From Phycisphaeraceae bacterium (GTDB lineage Bacteria; Planctomycetota; Phycisphaerae; Phycisphaerales; Phycisphaeraceae), in NCBI GenBank assembly GCA_963674705.1, contig OY771506.1, positions 2,464,001 to 2,528,000 on the forward strand: a DNA stretch of 64,000 nt, in the 5' to 3' direction. The notes under the pieces were generated by a model. It was not told the origin of the DNA. It searched no databases and worked only from the letters and a program-made list of their open reading frames with translations. The translations under genes and the position numbers were made by a program. Below are positions 12,433-24,892 of this stretch, one piece after another. The number at the start of each line of letters is the position of its first letter. Positions within the stretch are counted from its first letter, which is position 1.

Positions 12433-14979
12433 TTATTCCTCATCATTACCGCCGGGGGCCGACCAACCGGTCGGGCTCTCCAGGATGGTCATATCCGGTC
12501 CGTTCTCGACGCCGAACATGCTCTGCGTGCGTCGCAGCCAGATACGCATGATGATCCAGAGGAACATGCAGACGGTCAGCAGGCCGCCGAAGATGGCGGC
12601 GGAGACTTTCAGCCGATCGTCGCGCACGGGTTCGGGGCTGCGTGTTGCGGCACGGGCGATCTGGACCGTGTCTCTACGGTTATTCAACCGGTCTTGCGCC
12701 AGTTGATGGCCAACGATCGCGCGGCCAATGGATTCAAGCACGGGCACACACACCTCCTTGTCGGAGTTGGTGTATTTCATATCAATACGGCCCGGCTTGC
12801 CCGAGATCGTCAGGTTTGTGTCAAGATGCTGCGCGAGCATGTTTGTGCTGCTGAACAGACGAACACCGCGTTGCTCAAGCTGAGCAAGTGATTCTTTGAG
12901 CACCGGTTCGCTGGTGATCGTTTGTCGAGAGCTGTTAATCCATTCACCCTCTGATGGTGCTTCTTCACCCTCGGGCAGCGTGATCTGGATGGCCATATCG
13001 CCTTGCCAGGTCGGTTGCATCACCTTGTGGCCGATCGCGTAGCTGAACGAGGCAAGCAGGATCGTCGCGATCACCATGCCGACGACCATGCTGGTCGCCT
13101 TGCTCGTGGCCCACTTGCGGATCATTTCGGATTCGGAGACCTCGAGGAACTTCTTGACCTCGACGAGCATCTGCCGTTCCTTGTTTAGACCGGCATATTG
13201 CTGGCTGCTGGAGGTGACGCGTTTTTCCTCATCCTTAATCTTTTGTGACTTCTCGTCGAGCGATTCCTTGGCCTTGGCCAGTTCTTGCTCGCGTTTTGCG
13301 AGTTTGTCGCTTTCGTGTTCCAGTTGCTTGGTTTGCTCGGCCAGGGCCTGTTCTTTTTTCTTCAGGCTCTCACGCTCGTTGACCAGTTGTTCCTTGCCTT
13401 GAGCAAGCGTCTTCTGGAACGTGGCGAGTTTGGTCTTCAACTCGGCTTCACGCTTCTCGATCTCCGCGTTCTTGCCTTCCAGATCCTGCGTCTGCTTGGA
13501 TTCGAGTTGGGCCTGTAGCGAGGTCAACTCTTCATTGAGCTGGTTGGCCTGCTCTTCGAGCTTGGACTTCTCTTCGACAAGCTGTGAAGCCTTACTTTGA
13601 AGCTCGGACTTTTGCGATTCAAGCTGATTCTTTTCGGATTCGAGTTCGGTCTTCTGGCTTTCGAGTTCGCTCTGGCGTGACTGGGCATCGTTCAGCTTGG
13701 TGCGCAGCTCGTTGATCTGCTCGCTGAGCTGGTTATCCGCTTCACTTTGAGATTGTTCCTGTTGCTCCGCCTGTTTGAGGCGAGCGGCGATGGCAGACTC
13801 ACGTTGTTCCAGGTCAGACTGCAACTCATTGAGCAGCGACTTCTGTTCTTCGAGTTCCTTGCTTTGGCTGGCGTGTTCCTGCTGTTTTTCCGCGAGTTCG
13901 GATTCACCGGCTTCGATGGCGGACCGCTTGGCTTCAAGCTCTTTGCTCTGAGCCGCGATGAGTTCACGTTGTTTGTCCAGCTCGGTGCGGGTTGATTCCA
14001 ACTCGGTGCGTTGCTGCTCGATCTGTTGGCGCTGTTCTGCCAGATCAGCTTGCTTGGTCTCGAGTTCCTGACGGGTCTGCTTGAGCTGTTCGCCCAATTC
14101 ACCGGCTTTGCCGGCCTCGGCACTGAGCTGGTCGAACTCGGCCTGAAGCGTTTCCTTGCTCTGTAGCGCCTGCTGACAAAGTTCATTGGCTTCGCTGAGC
14201 TGATTGCGAACTTCATTCAGCTCACGCTTCAGTTGCTCAGCCTGTTCGTAGTTTTCTGATTTGGAAGCCTCAAGCGCTTCGCGTTCTTGTTCGAGCTGCT
14301 GTTGTTGAGCCTTGAGAGATTCGGCCTGCTCCTGCAGTGCTTCGTCGCGTTGGTCTATCTCTTCAGAACGGGCGGCCAACGCATTCTCTGCCTTGTCGAG
14401 CTTGGCGTGTTGTTCGTCCAGCTCGTTGCTGAGTACTTCGTTGGCTTCGGCACGCTCTTCGACCCGAGCGGTCTCCTGCTCCAGGCGTTCGCGTGCGGCG
14501 TCCAGCTCTTTGCGCTGCTCGGCGAACTTCTCCTGTAGTGATTGGGCCTCATGGAGCTTCTGCTCCGCGGCCTTGACCTGCTGCTGGGCGGATTGCTTGA
14601 GTTGGTCGGCTTCCTTGCGTTGATTGTCCAGATCCGCCAGGGCCTGGTCGAGTTCAGCCTGTTTTTGATCCAGTTGCTGTTGGCGCTGCTCGATAGCCTG
14701 CTGGTTAGCCTCGAATTCTGATTGGCGTTCCTCGAATTCGGCCCGCTGCTCATCCAGCTCGATCTGCTTGCGTGCGGCCTGCTCGGCTATCTGCAGAGCA
14801 CGGGCTAACTCATCTTGCGCATGATCAGCCTGCTGACGCACCAGTTCCATCTGGTGGTCGCTTTCCTTTTGCCAGTTCTTGAGTTGTCCCAGCCGTTCTT
14901 CCAGCTCGTTAAGCAGGCCTTCCACCTGGCTGGTGTCTTCCGCCGGGTGTTTGATTGGCTGTGGATTGTCCTGCACCAT
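12433..14979 (-). CDS. Very long coiled-coil protein with C-terminal TM-loop-TM module
   Basis: ~620 aa of E/Q/K/L heptads, then a TM, a ~140-aa domain and a second TM. Confidence 0.85.
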   Translation of the reverse strand: MVQDNPQPIKHPAEDTSQVEGLLNELEERLGQLKNWQKESDHQMELVRQQADHAQDELARALQIAEQAARKQIELDEQRAEFEERQSEFEANQQAIEQRQQQLDQKQAELDQALADLDNQRKEADQLKQSAQQQVKAAEQKLHEAQSLQEKFAEQRKELDAARERLEQETARVEERAEANEVLSNELDEQHAKLDKAENALAARSEEIDQRDEALQEQAESLKAQQQQLEQEREALEASKSENYEQAEQLKRELNEVRNQLSEANELCQQALQSKETLQAEFDQLSAEAGKAGELGEQLKQTRQELETKQADLAEQRQQIEQQRTELESTRTELDKQRELIAAQSKELEAKRSAIEAGESELAEKQQEHASQSKELEEQKSLLNELQSDLEQRESAIAARLKQAEQQEQSQSEADNQLSEQINELRTKLNDAQSRQSELESQKTELESEKNQLESQKSELQSKASQLVEEKSKLEEQANQLNEELTSLQAQLESKQTQDLEGKNAEIEKREAELKTKLATFQKTLAQGKEQLVNERESLKKKEQALAEQTKQLEHESDKLAKREQELAKAKESLDEKSQKIKDEEKRVTSSSQQYAGLNKERQMLVEVKKFLEVSESEMIRKWATSKATSMVVGMVIATILLASFSYAIGHKVMQPTWQGDMAIQITLPEGEEAPSEGEWINSSRQTITSEPVLKESLAQLEQRGVRLFSSTNMLAQHLDTNLTISGKPGRIDMKYTNSDKEVCVPVLESIGRAIVGHQLAQDRLNNRRDTVQIARAATRSPEPVRDDRLKVSAAIFGGLLTVCMFLWIIMRIWLRRTQSMFGVENGPDMTILESPTGWSAPGGNDEE

Positions 14980-15141
14980 GTGCTCACACCTTATGCGCTG
15001 GTATCGTTGGTCTTATCGGGTAGTTCCAGGCCCTGCGTGAGCTTGAAACGGGTAGAATCGTTATAAGCCGTACGGCTTGTCCGTCACAGATGTTGCAGAC
15101 AGGCGAATATAGGCTGATAACACCGTGTGGACGTTGCCTAA

Positions 15142-16011
15142 ATGTCAGAAACAGCGCAAACAGGCCAGAGCATGCAGACCGATCCGTCGGCAGGGAACGG
15201 CGTGGTGTCGTTGCGTGATGTGACGTTTGGCTACGTGCCCGAGACGCCAGTTATACGGACTCTGAACGCTGATTTGATCCCGGGTCGCGTCTGTGCACTT
15301 ATCGGTCCGAATGCTTCGGGTAAGTCCACACTGCTTAAGCTCATGCTCGGGCAGCTATCGCCGTGGTCAGGATCGATCGAACTGGGAGGGCGGCAGGTCT
15401 CGGAGATCGCTTATCGAGATCGGGCCAGGCAGATCAGCTATGTACCGCAGCGGGGTGTGATGAGTTTTGCTTTCACGGTCCGTGAGGTTGTGGCGATGGG
15501 CCGGTATACGGTGGGCGATCCGGCTGGGTATGTTGATCGGTCTATGGCGTTGTGCGATCTTGCGGACATACAACAGCGGATATTTTTTGAGCTGTCAGGC
15601 GGGCAGCAGCAGCGCGTTCTCTTGGCGCGGGCGATCGCTCAATCAAGCGGGGCGGGGCGAGTGATGCTGCTGGATGAACCTGCGTCCGGGATGGACCTGA
15701 AACATGTGCATCAGACGATGCGTCTGCTTCGCAGTATTGCAGCCGGTGATTTGTTGGATACGCATACTCCTGGTCCGGCTGTGCTGGTCGTTTTGCATGA
15801 TGTGAACCTTGCGGCCCGCTATGCGGACGATATCTGGCTGCTGGATCGGGGAGAGCTGGTCGCATCAGGCGATTGCCCGCGGGTCATGCAGCCGCAGCGG
15901 CTAGAGGCGGTGTATGGCGTCAGGTTCACGCAGATGGAGGTTCCCGGAGGCGGGAAACGAGTAGATGAAACTCCCGTGTTCTGGGTCGATCCGTCCGATA
16001 TAATGCAGTAG
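15142..16011 (+). CDS. Iron-siderophore/heme/cobalamin-type ABC ATP-binding protein
   Basis: GPNASGKST, LSGGQQQRVLLARA, LLDEP and VLHDVNLAARYAD. Confidence 0.9.
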   Translation: MSETAQTGQSMQTDPSAGNGVVSLRDVTFGYVPETPVIRTLNADLIPGRVCALIGPNASGKSTLLKLMLGQLSPWSGSIELGGRQVSEIAYRDRARQISYVPQRGVMSFAFTVREVVAMGRYTVGDPAGYVDRSMALCDLADIQQRIFFELSGGQQQRVLLARAIAQSSGAGRVMLLDEPASGMDLKHVHQTMRLLRSIAAGDLLDTHTPGPAVLVVLHDVNLAARYADDIWLLDRGELVASGDCPRVMQPQRLEAVYGVRFTQMEVPGGGKRVDETPVFWVDPSDIMQ

Positions 16012-16055
16012 CATGACTAGCGCCAGCCGTCTTCTTCAAGCAAAGCGAGATTGCC

Positions 16056-16856
16056 ATGTTAAACAATCCGACACTCACACTTGCCATCGACTGGGCGGAC
16101 TGGATATGGCTTATCTTCGTCGGCGCGGTGATCATCGGTGGCTGGATCAAGAGCCTGAAACAGTCGAGCGACGAGCAGCGTCGACGGGATGAGGGACACA
16201 ATCCCGAAGAACTGGAAGAGATGGCAGCCCGTCGTCGCGAGCAATTACGGCAGGCGGCTCGCAATCGTACGCAGATGTCAACTGGCGGGGCGGCCCGTAG
16301 TAGCGGCGGAACGGGTGGAGATGCCGGCAACCTGACCATGGCTGAGCGTATCGCCAGAGCCAGGGCCAAGGCGCAGCAGGAACAGCGAGTCCAGCAACCA
16401 CGACGCCAGCCGCAACAAACTCAACCCCAGGTGCCAAACGAAGCGCAGCGTCGGGCGCTGGCTCAACGCCAGGCTGAGCTTGAACGCCGACGCCAGGCTG
16501 AACGAGCGCAGCAGCAGGCCCAGCATCAAGCCCAGCAGCGAGCACGCCAACAGGCTCAACAACGGGCTCGGCAACAACAAGCCCAAGCTCATGCCAGGGC
16601 TCAGGCTCTTGCGCGTCAGCGTGGAACACTTATTCACGATCACGTTGTGACGCCGGGTCCAACTGAGTCCACGACGCGTCGGACAACCACAGCAGCCCAA
16701 TCTCGAACCACTCGGGCAGCCTCGCCCATATTGACACCGACGGTGATCAGCGACATATCGTCTGAAGGACTCACACTCGCCGATCTGCGAAAAGCGATTA
16801 TCATGAATGAGGTGCTAGGCAAACCGGTTTCTCTACGCGATGCCGACAGTTATTAA
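16056..16856 (+). CDS. Hypothetical membrane-anchored Q/R-rich protein with YqfB-like C-terminal motif
   Basis: N-terminal TM, low-complexity QQRA repeats, ends LRKAIIMNEVLGKPVSLR. Confidence 0.7.
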   Translation: MLNNPTLTLAIDWADWIWLIFVGAVIIGGWIKSLKQSSDEQRRRDEGHNPEELEEMAARRREQLRQAARNRTQMSTGGAARSSGGTGGDAGNLTMAERIARARAKAQQEQRVQQPRRQPQQTQPQVPNEAQRRALAQRQAELERRRQAERAQQQAQHQAQQRARQQAQQRARQQQAQAHARAQALARQRGTLIHDHVVTPGPTESTTRRTTTAAQSRTTRAASPILTPTVISDISSEGLTLADLRKAIIMNEVLGKPVSLRDADSY

Positions 16857-16884
16857 ACCCTTCAATTGTTCATGATTCTTAAAC

Positions 16885-17463
16885 ATGCAGACACTCGATC
16901 GTGTTGAAGTTCTGACTGCTGATATCACGACGCTCGAAGTTGATGCGATTGTGAATGCTGCTAATGAATCCTTGCTTGGCGGCGGGGGGGTGGATGGCGC
17001 GATCCATCGTGCGGCCGGCGGCGAGTTACTCGCTTACTGCAAAACATTAGGTGGCTGTCCAACGGGTTTAGCCAAGATCACGCCCGCGTTTAACCTGGAA
17101 AAACAAGGTATACGGCACATCATCCATACTGTTGGTCCGGTGTGGCACGGCGATGATTCGCTAAAACTCGGGTACACGCACGAAGACACGCTACTCGCGT
17201 CCTGCTACCACCAGTCACTGACGCTAGCGACCGAACATGGTTGCAGGTCCGTTGCGTTTCCCAATATCTCCACCGGCGTTTATCACTTCCCCAAGTTACG
17301 AGCGGCGAAGATCGCATTCGGGCATGTCTATGGCTATCTCGATAAGCATGAGATGCCGGAGCGTGTTGTGCTGTGTTGTTTCAGCAATGAAGATGCGGAT
17401 ATCGTCAGGCAAGCGATCGAAACGCGCGAAGACTGGATGATGAACCGTCGTCGGATGGGCTGA
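16885..17463 (+). CDS. Macro-domain O-acetyl-ADP-ribose deacetylase (YmdB-like)
   Basis: DAIVNAANESLLGGGGVDGAIHRAAG, HTVGPVW and AFPNISTGVY. Confidence 0.93.
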   Translation: MQTLDRVEVLTADITTLEVDAIVNAANESLLGGGGVDGAIHRAAGGELLAYCKTLGGCPTGLAKITPAFNLEKQGIRHIIHTVGPVWHGDDSLKLGYTHEDTLLASCYHQSLTLATEHGCRSVAFPNISTGVYHFPKLRAAKIAFGHVYGYLDKHEMPERVVLCCFSNEDADIVRQAIETREDWMMNRRRMG

Positions 17464-17922
17464 TTAGCTTCCCAACAAACCAGCCTTCAAACTCGCCTGC
17501 GCCAGGATGATCGCGGCGGCATTGGATTGGTTGTAGCTGCGGATCTGCCCGAGGATCGGGATGTTCACGCGTCGGTCCGGCCAACGTTGCGTCCATGCGT
17601 CCGGCAAACCCGTGTTTTCGTTACCCATGATCAACACATCGCCATCGCGGTAGTCAGGTTGATCAAAACGTAATTCACCGAACTTTGTGATCAACCATGG
17701 ACGGCGGTCACCCAGCCATTCAAGAAACATCTCATCGTTTTCGTGTTCGGTAAGCCGGACGTGAGGCCAATAGTCGAGGCCTGCTCGTTGAACGGCATGA
17801 TCAGTTATCTCAAATTTGTAGGGTTTGATGAGGTGCAGCTGTGTCCGAAAGCCGACAGTTGTGCGCGCAATGCTGCCCGTGTTTTGTGGAATGGAAGGAT
17901 GATAAATGGCAATATGAAGCAT
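17464..17922 (-). CDS. trmL: tRNA (cytidine/uridine-34 2'-O)-methyltransferase
   Basis: PSIPQNTGSIAR, RAGLDYW, GNENTGLP and RSYNQSNA SPOUT motifs. Confidence 0.9.
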   Translation of the reverse strand: MLHIAIYHPSIPQNTGSIARTTVGFRTQLHLIKPYKFEITDHAVQRAGLDYWPHVRLTEHENDEMFLEWLGDRRPWLITKFGELRFDQPDYRDGDVLIMGNENTGLPDAWTQRWPDRRVNIPILGQIRSYNQSNAAAIILAQASLKAGLLGS

Positions 17923-17968
17923 GTTTATTGGTAACGAGGTAAACGTGATATTATTCAGTGTTCCACCA

Positions 17969-20900
17969 CTATCTGCCTACTATAGCGGCCTCTTGTAAGA
18001 CCGGCCTCACCAACAGTTTCCGCAGTACCGCCAGCAACGTATCCGCCGGTTCGAGGTAATTGCTCGGTGGACGATAGTACACAGTGGATTCGTCTAAAAC
18101 GCTGACCCGCCCGGGTGCTGCGCTGAATACCTGCTCGAGTTTCTGTGGTTGTTTGGTTGTAAAGATCAGATCCGGGCCTTCCAGTTTTAGCGTGTCGATA
18201 CCTAACGTGCTGGCGGCGATGCGGACTTCTGTGAGGTTGATCAGCGTCTGCGCTTGCTTGGGTGCTTCGCCGTAGGCATCACGGATACTCTGTACGACTT
18301 CTTCGAGTTCCTTGAGCGTCGCGGCCCGGCTGATGCGCCGGTACGCTTCCATGCGGTGCTTATCGCTTGGGATGTAACGCTTCGGTAACGCCCCGGCGAT
18401 CGGCAATTCCAGGTGTGTCTTGGCAGGTTCGATGACGGGCTCATGTCGCAAACGCTTGGCGGCATGATCGAGCAGCGTGCAGTACATCTCGTAACCGACC
18501 GCCGCGATGTGTCCGGACTGCTCGGCGCCGAGCAGGTTGCCCGCACCTCGGATTTCCAGGTCTCGCATCGCGATCTTGAAACCCGCGCCCAGCATGGAGT
18601 ACTGCTCGATTGCCTTAAGACGACGCGCTGCGACTTCAGTCAACGGACGGTCCTCAGGCAATAACAAATAACAATACGCACGGTGTTTGTACCGCCCGAC
18701 GCGCCCACGCAATTGATGCAGATCCGCTAATCCGAAGTGATCCGCGCGATTGATAAACATCGTATTCGCCAGTGGATTGTCGATGCCGGATTCGATGATC
18801 GTTGTCGAAACAAGGATGTCTGCTTCGCGTCGCATAAACTTGAGCATTACTTTTTCAAGTTCACGAGAAGGCATCTGCCCGTGGCCGATGATGATCTTCG
18901 CATCCGGAACGAGTTGCTGGATATCGTCTGCCACACTCTGGATGTTGTGCACACGGTTGTGGACAAAGTAGACCTGTCCGTCGCGGTTCAGTTCGCGGAT
19001 GATCGCCTGTTTTACTCGCTTGCGATCGAACGGTACGACCTCGGTCACAATCGCACGCCGGTCGGCGGGGGGAGTTGATAACGAGCTGATATCACGCAAC
19101 CCGATCATCGACATGTGCAGCGTGCGTGGGATCGGCGTCGCGGTCAGCGTCAGGACTTCGGCTGTCAGGCGGAAACGCAGCAACTGGTTTTTGTGTTCAA
19201 CGCCGAAACGTTGCTCTTCATCGATAATAACCAGGCCAAGGTCGGCGAAGTGCACATCCTTGGAAAGCAGGCGGTGTGTGCCGATGATGATGTCGATATT
19301 GCCTTCCGCCAGGTCCTTGAGCATCTTGGTTTGCTCGGCCCCGGTCTTGAAGCGGGAGATCGACGTGACACGGAACGGGTAGTCGGCCATACGTTGAGCG
19401 AACGTGCGTCCGTGTTGTTCAGCGAGCACGGTCGTCGGTACGAGGACCGCCACCTGCTTGCCGAACTCCGCTGCTTTGAACGCGGCTCGGATCGCGACTT
19501 CCGTTTTACCGAAACCGACATCCCCGCAGACAAGCCGATCCATCGGCTGGTCCTTACCCATGTCTTGTTTAATCGCGGAAATCGCGGCGAGTTGATCTTC
19601 GGTTTCGTCGTAGGGGAATTCTGCTTCAAACTCACGTTGCCATGCTGTGTCGCCGGGGTATCGTGTGCCGGGCTGAGTTTGCCTCGCCGCTTGAACGCGT
19701 AACAGTTCCGCCGCCAGGTCTTTGACTGCATCGGCGACCTGTTGTTTCTGCTTGTTCCACTTCTTCCCACCGAGCGTCGATAACGGTGGACGGCCTTCAA
19801 AACCACCAACATACTTCTGCACCAGGTCGATCTGAGTGGCCGGGACATGCAGCAGTGCGTCACCTGCGAACGCAAGCGTCAGGTATTCCTGGCTGAGCCC
19901 GCCACGCCGCATGGTTTTGATGCCGGTGAACTTTGCGATACCGTGATCGACGTGGACCACGTAATCCCCGACGTCCAGGTCGAGGAACGCATCGCCCGCC
20001 TGTGCACCGCCGGTGATACGCCGAACACGTCGGCGGATGTGATAACGGTGGAATAGTTCGTGGTGGGGAACAAGGTGCAGTGTCGAATCTGACACGTTCC
20101 ATGCGAATCCGCGATGCAGGTAACCGACTTCGAGTGTGAATTCGTTAAGAGCTTGCGGTGCATGTTCCTGGATCAACTCACGCAATCGGTCACGCTCCGC
20201 AGGCTTCTGGCAGAGGACTACGACCTGTTGATCTTTGTCTTGCGCAAGTTCGCCAAGCTGCTTGATTGCACCTTTGGCGTCTTCGTCAAAAGTTGTGAGT
20301 TGTTCGACCGGCAGCGACATGACACCGTCCTGCCCGGCTCCGGAGGAGTACTGATTACACTCAATATGCGGCCGCGCGTGGATCTTGCTGAAGATGGTGT
20401 TCGGTGCATACACACCAACCGCGTTGGTCAGCCGTTCGTAATACCCGCGTGCCTGCTCCGATAGCTCCATCACTTCGTGCAGGATGAAGACAGTATCTTC
20501 AGGCAGAAGGTCGATGAGATTGGCGGTGCTTTCGTTCTTTTGAATCTGTTCCGTACTTGCTCCGATGATGCGAGCCGAATCGATCGGACCGGCCGAACCC
20601 ATCGTGTCGGGGTTGATACGGTGGATCGATTCAACTGTGTCGCCGAAGTAGTCGAGTCGGATCGGGCCGAGCAGTTGGTTGTCGGATTCGCTGTCCGTAG
20701 TGGAGCCGGCGGGGGGGTAGATGTCCAGTATCCCGCCGCGCGAAGCAAAATCGCCCGGTTGTTCGATCGCATCCAGCCGTTGGTAACCCGCAGCCGTCAG
20801 CCATTCCATCAATTCGCCCGGCGGCAGGTCTTCATCCTTACGGATCACCTTCGAGAACGACTGCAACGACTCCGGCTCAGGTACGCCTTGCATCAACGCC

Positions 20901-21295
20901 TGAATCGGCGCGACGATCAGGTCCGGCACATCCTGCTCGACGAGCCTGCCAACGACGCTCAACCGTTCGGCCAGCAGTTCCAGACTGACATTCGACTCGC
21001 CCGGCAACACCTCCAACGCGCCAAACCGAACCGCGTCCAACGGTTGACCCGCTTCGGCGAATAACGCAAGGTCGTCCAGTGCGTCGTCCGCTTCATCCAG
21101 GTGAGCCACCACCATCACGATCGGTCGACCCAGGTTTGTTCCCAATGCTCCGGCGGTCAGTGTAAAGCTCGATCCCCGGCTGCCATGTGCCCGGATCCCG
21201 CCTTTCCCGGGCTTATAGGCGCGCAGCGACTCACTCAGCGCAGCGAACTGCACCGACCCGATGATTTTTCCGAGCCAAGCGTGGGCGTCTGGCAT
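17969..21295 (-). CDS. mfd: Transcription-repair coupling factor
   Basis: UvrB-like N-terminus (FASRGGILDIYP), CarD/RID domain (GDYVVHVDHGIAKF), GDVGFGKTEVA, DEEQRFGV, QLRGRVGR and TRCF tail. Confidence 0.97.
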   Translation of the reverse strand: MPDAHAWLGKIIGSVQFAALSESLRAYKPGKGGIRAHGSRGSSFTLTAGALGTNLGRPIVMVVAHLDEADDALDDLALFAEAGQPLDAVRFGALEVLPGESNVSLELLAERLSVVGRLVEQDVPDLIVAPIQALMQGVPEPESLQSFSKVIRKDEDLPPGELMEWLTAAGYQRLDAIEQPGDFASRGGILDIYPPAGSTTDSESDNQLLGPIRLDYFGDTVESIHRINPDTMGSAGPIDSARIIGASTEQIQKNESTANLIDLLPEDTVFILHEVMELSEQARGYYERLTNAVGVYAPNTIFSKIHARPHIECNQYSSGAGQDGVMSLPVEQLTTFDEDAKGAIKQLGELAQDKDQQVVVLCQKPAERDRLRELIQEHAPQALNEFTLEVGYLHRGFAWNVSDSTLHLVPHHELFHRYHIRRRVRRITGGAQAGDAFLDLDVGDYVVHVDHGIAKFTGIKTMRRGGLSQEYLTLAFAGDALLHVPATQIDLVQKYVGGFEGRPPLSTLGGKKWNKQKQQVADAVKDLAAELLRVQAARQTQPGTRYPGDTAWQREFEAEFPYDETEDQLAAISAIKQDMGKDQPMDRLVCGDVGFGKTEVAIRAAFKAAEFGKQVAVLVPTTVLAEQHGRTFAQRMADYPFRVTSISRFKTGAEQTKMLKDLAEGNIDIIIGTHRLLSKDVHFADLGLVIIDEEQRFGVEHKNQLLRFRLTAEVLTLTATPIPRTLHMSMIGLRDISSLSTPPADRRAIVTEVVPFDRKRVKQAIIRELNRDGQVYFVHNRVHNIQSVADDIQQLVPDAKIIIGHGQMPSRELEKVMLKFMRREADILVSTTIIESGIDNPLANTMFINRADHFGLADLHQLRGRVGRYKHRAYCYLLLPEDRPLTEVAARRLKAIEQYSMLGAGFKIAMRDLEIRGAGNLLGAEQSGHIAAVGYEMYCTLLDHAAKRLRHEPVIEPAKTHLELPIAGALPKRYIPSDKHRMEAYRRISRAATLKELEEVVQSIRDAYGEAPKQAQTLINLTEVRIAASTLGIDTLKLEGPDLIFTTKQPQKLEQVFSAAPGRVSVLDESTVYYRPPSNYLEPADTLLAVLRKLLVRPVLQEAAIVGR

Positions 21296-21346
21296 GTCTG
21301 TGATTAGGGTAACAAGGGGAGCGCGTGGATGCGAGTATTTATGAAT

Positions 21347-21916
21347 TCAGTCATCATCTTCCGGCGGAAACGGATTGCCGTTACGGGCGCCCAGGATCGT
21401 CGGCACGATGTACTGATCTATCGGCGGCGGGGCGGGTTTGGGGACGGCCAGGTCCGGCACATCCTCCAGCACCAGCGTCATCGCGATTTCGTCACACGCC
21501 TGATTCTTCGGGCACCGTACACACTCGCTCCAAACCTTCAGCGGGAGCTTCTGCCGGTCTACGACGGCAAAACCCAGCCGTTCAAAGAACACCCGTTCAT
21601 AGGTCAGTGACATGATCGTCCGGATGCCGAGTTCGCGGGCCTCATCAATGCAGGCTTCGACCAGCTTCCGCCCCAGACCCTTACCCCGCTGATCCGGGGC
21701 CACTGCCAAGGCACAGACTTCCGCCAGGTTTGCCCAGACGACGCTCAGCCCACAGACACCGACGACGCGATCGTCGTCTTCCGCGACGTGGAATTCACGG
21801 ATATTTTCATAGAGTGTCGACATCGAGCGCGGCAACATCAGGCCGAACTCGGCACAGTCATTGATGATCTTGCCCATCGCGGGCACATCGGCAACCTTGG
21901 CACGTCTTATCAGCAT
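21347..21916 (-). CDS. argA: Short GNAT N-acetylglutamate synthase (ArgA-like)
   Basis: MLPRS..LYENIREF, LAEVCALAV and LPLKVWSECVRCPK..CDEIAM. Start taken at MLIRRA. Confidence 0.78.
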   Translation of the reverse strand: MLIRRAKVADVPAMGKIINDCAEFGLMLPRSMSTLYENIREFHVAEDDDRVVGVCGLSVVWANLAEVCALAVAPDQRGKGLGRKLVEACIDEARELGIRTIMSLTYERVFFERLGFAVVDRQKLPLKVWSECVRCPKNQACDEIAMTLVLEDVPDLAVPKPAPPPIDQYIVPTILGARNGNPFPPEDDD

Positions 21917-22111
21917 GGTGCAGATTATAGGGCGGCTGGAGACCGGGGGCTTGTGCGGGGTCACAACCTCGGAAACCTGCTCAATGCAGCCCCAATTACG
22001 GTCATTGAGATGTTTTTTTGATCTACCCGGGAACGAAACACCTCATCGCCGCGTCTTACTTAGCATGAACAATGTCCGGGCACGATCTATCAACCATTCT
22101 GGAGCATTCCG

Positions 22112-22672
22112 ATGAAGACACTTCGACTGGCACAACTGGTTCTCATAGCGATCATCTTGCCTTGTATGACCGGCTGTATCATTGTCCATAAGCATACCGA
22201 GCATAAATCATGCCCGCCACAAGTTGTCGAGCCGTGCGGCGATGGGGCTGTTTATATCGATGGGGAAAGCACCTCTGCTGAGATCGAAGCGGTCCGCTCG
22301 CTCGACTTCAGTTCTGAACGTGCCGAACACCTGAACCGTATCGCGCGACGCCCCGGCATTAATCCTGATGCACAAGTTCACCTTGTGAAAACCACTTTTG
22401 AAGTGCTCGACTTCGAAAGCGAAAAAATGCAGGTCCTGCAAACATTGATCAAGAACCCGACACTGACAGTCCAGGGGAAGAACTGCATCCTCCATCACCT
22501 GAAGGAACTGGACTTCAGCAGCAACCGCAAAGCCATCCTCGATGCCCTGGATAAACACGGCCCGGTCGTACAATACGTCGAGGAACCGGTTGTATACCAG
22601 GAAGAGATCATCATCGAAGTGCCGGCTAATCAAGCAGCGCCTGAAAAGCCGGATACGACACTACAAGACTAG
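22112..22672 (+). CDS. Putative lipoprotein with three helical LDFxS repeats
   Basis: Signal peptide ending MTGC; repeats LDFSSER, LDFESEK, LDFSSNR. Confidence 0.72.
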   Translation: MKTLRLAQLVLIAIILPCMTGCIIVHKHTEHKSCPPQVVEPCGDGAVYIDGESTSAEIEAVRSLDFSSERAEHLNRIARRPGINPDAQVHLVKTTFEVLDFESEKMQVLQTLIKNPTLTVQGKNCILHHLKELDFSSNRKAILDALDKHGPVVQYVEEPVVYQEEIIIEVPANQAAPEKPDTTLQD

Positions 22673-22675
22673 ATG

Positions 22676-24882
<2,207 letters not shown>

Positions 24883-24892
24883 GAAACCCTGC

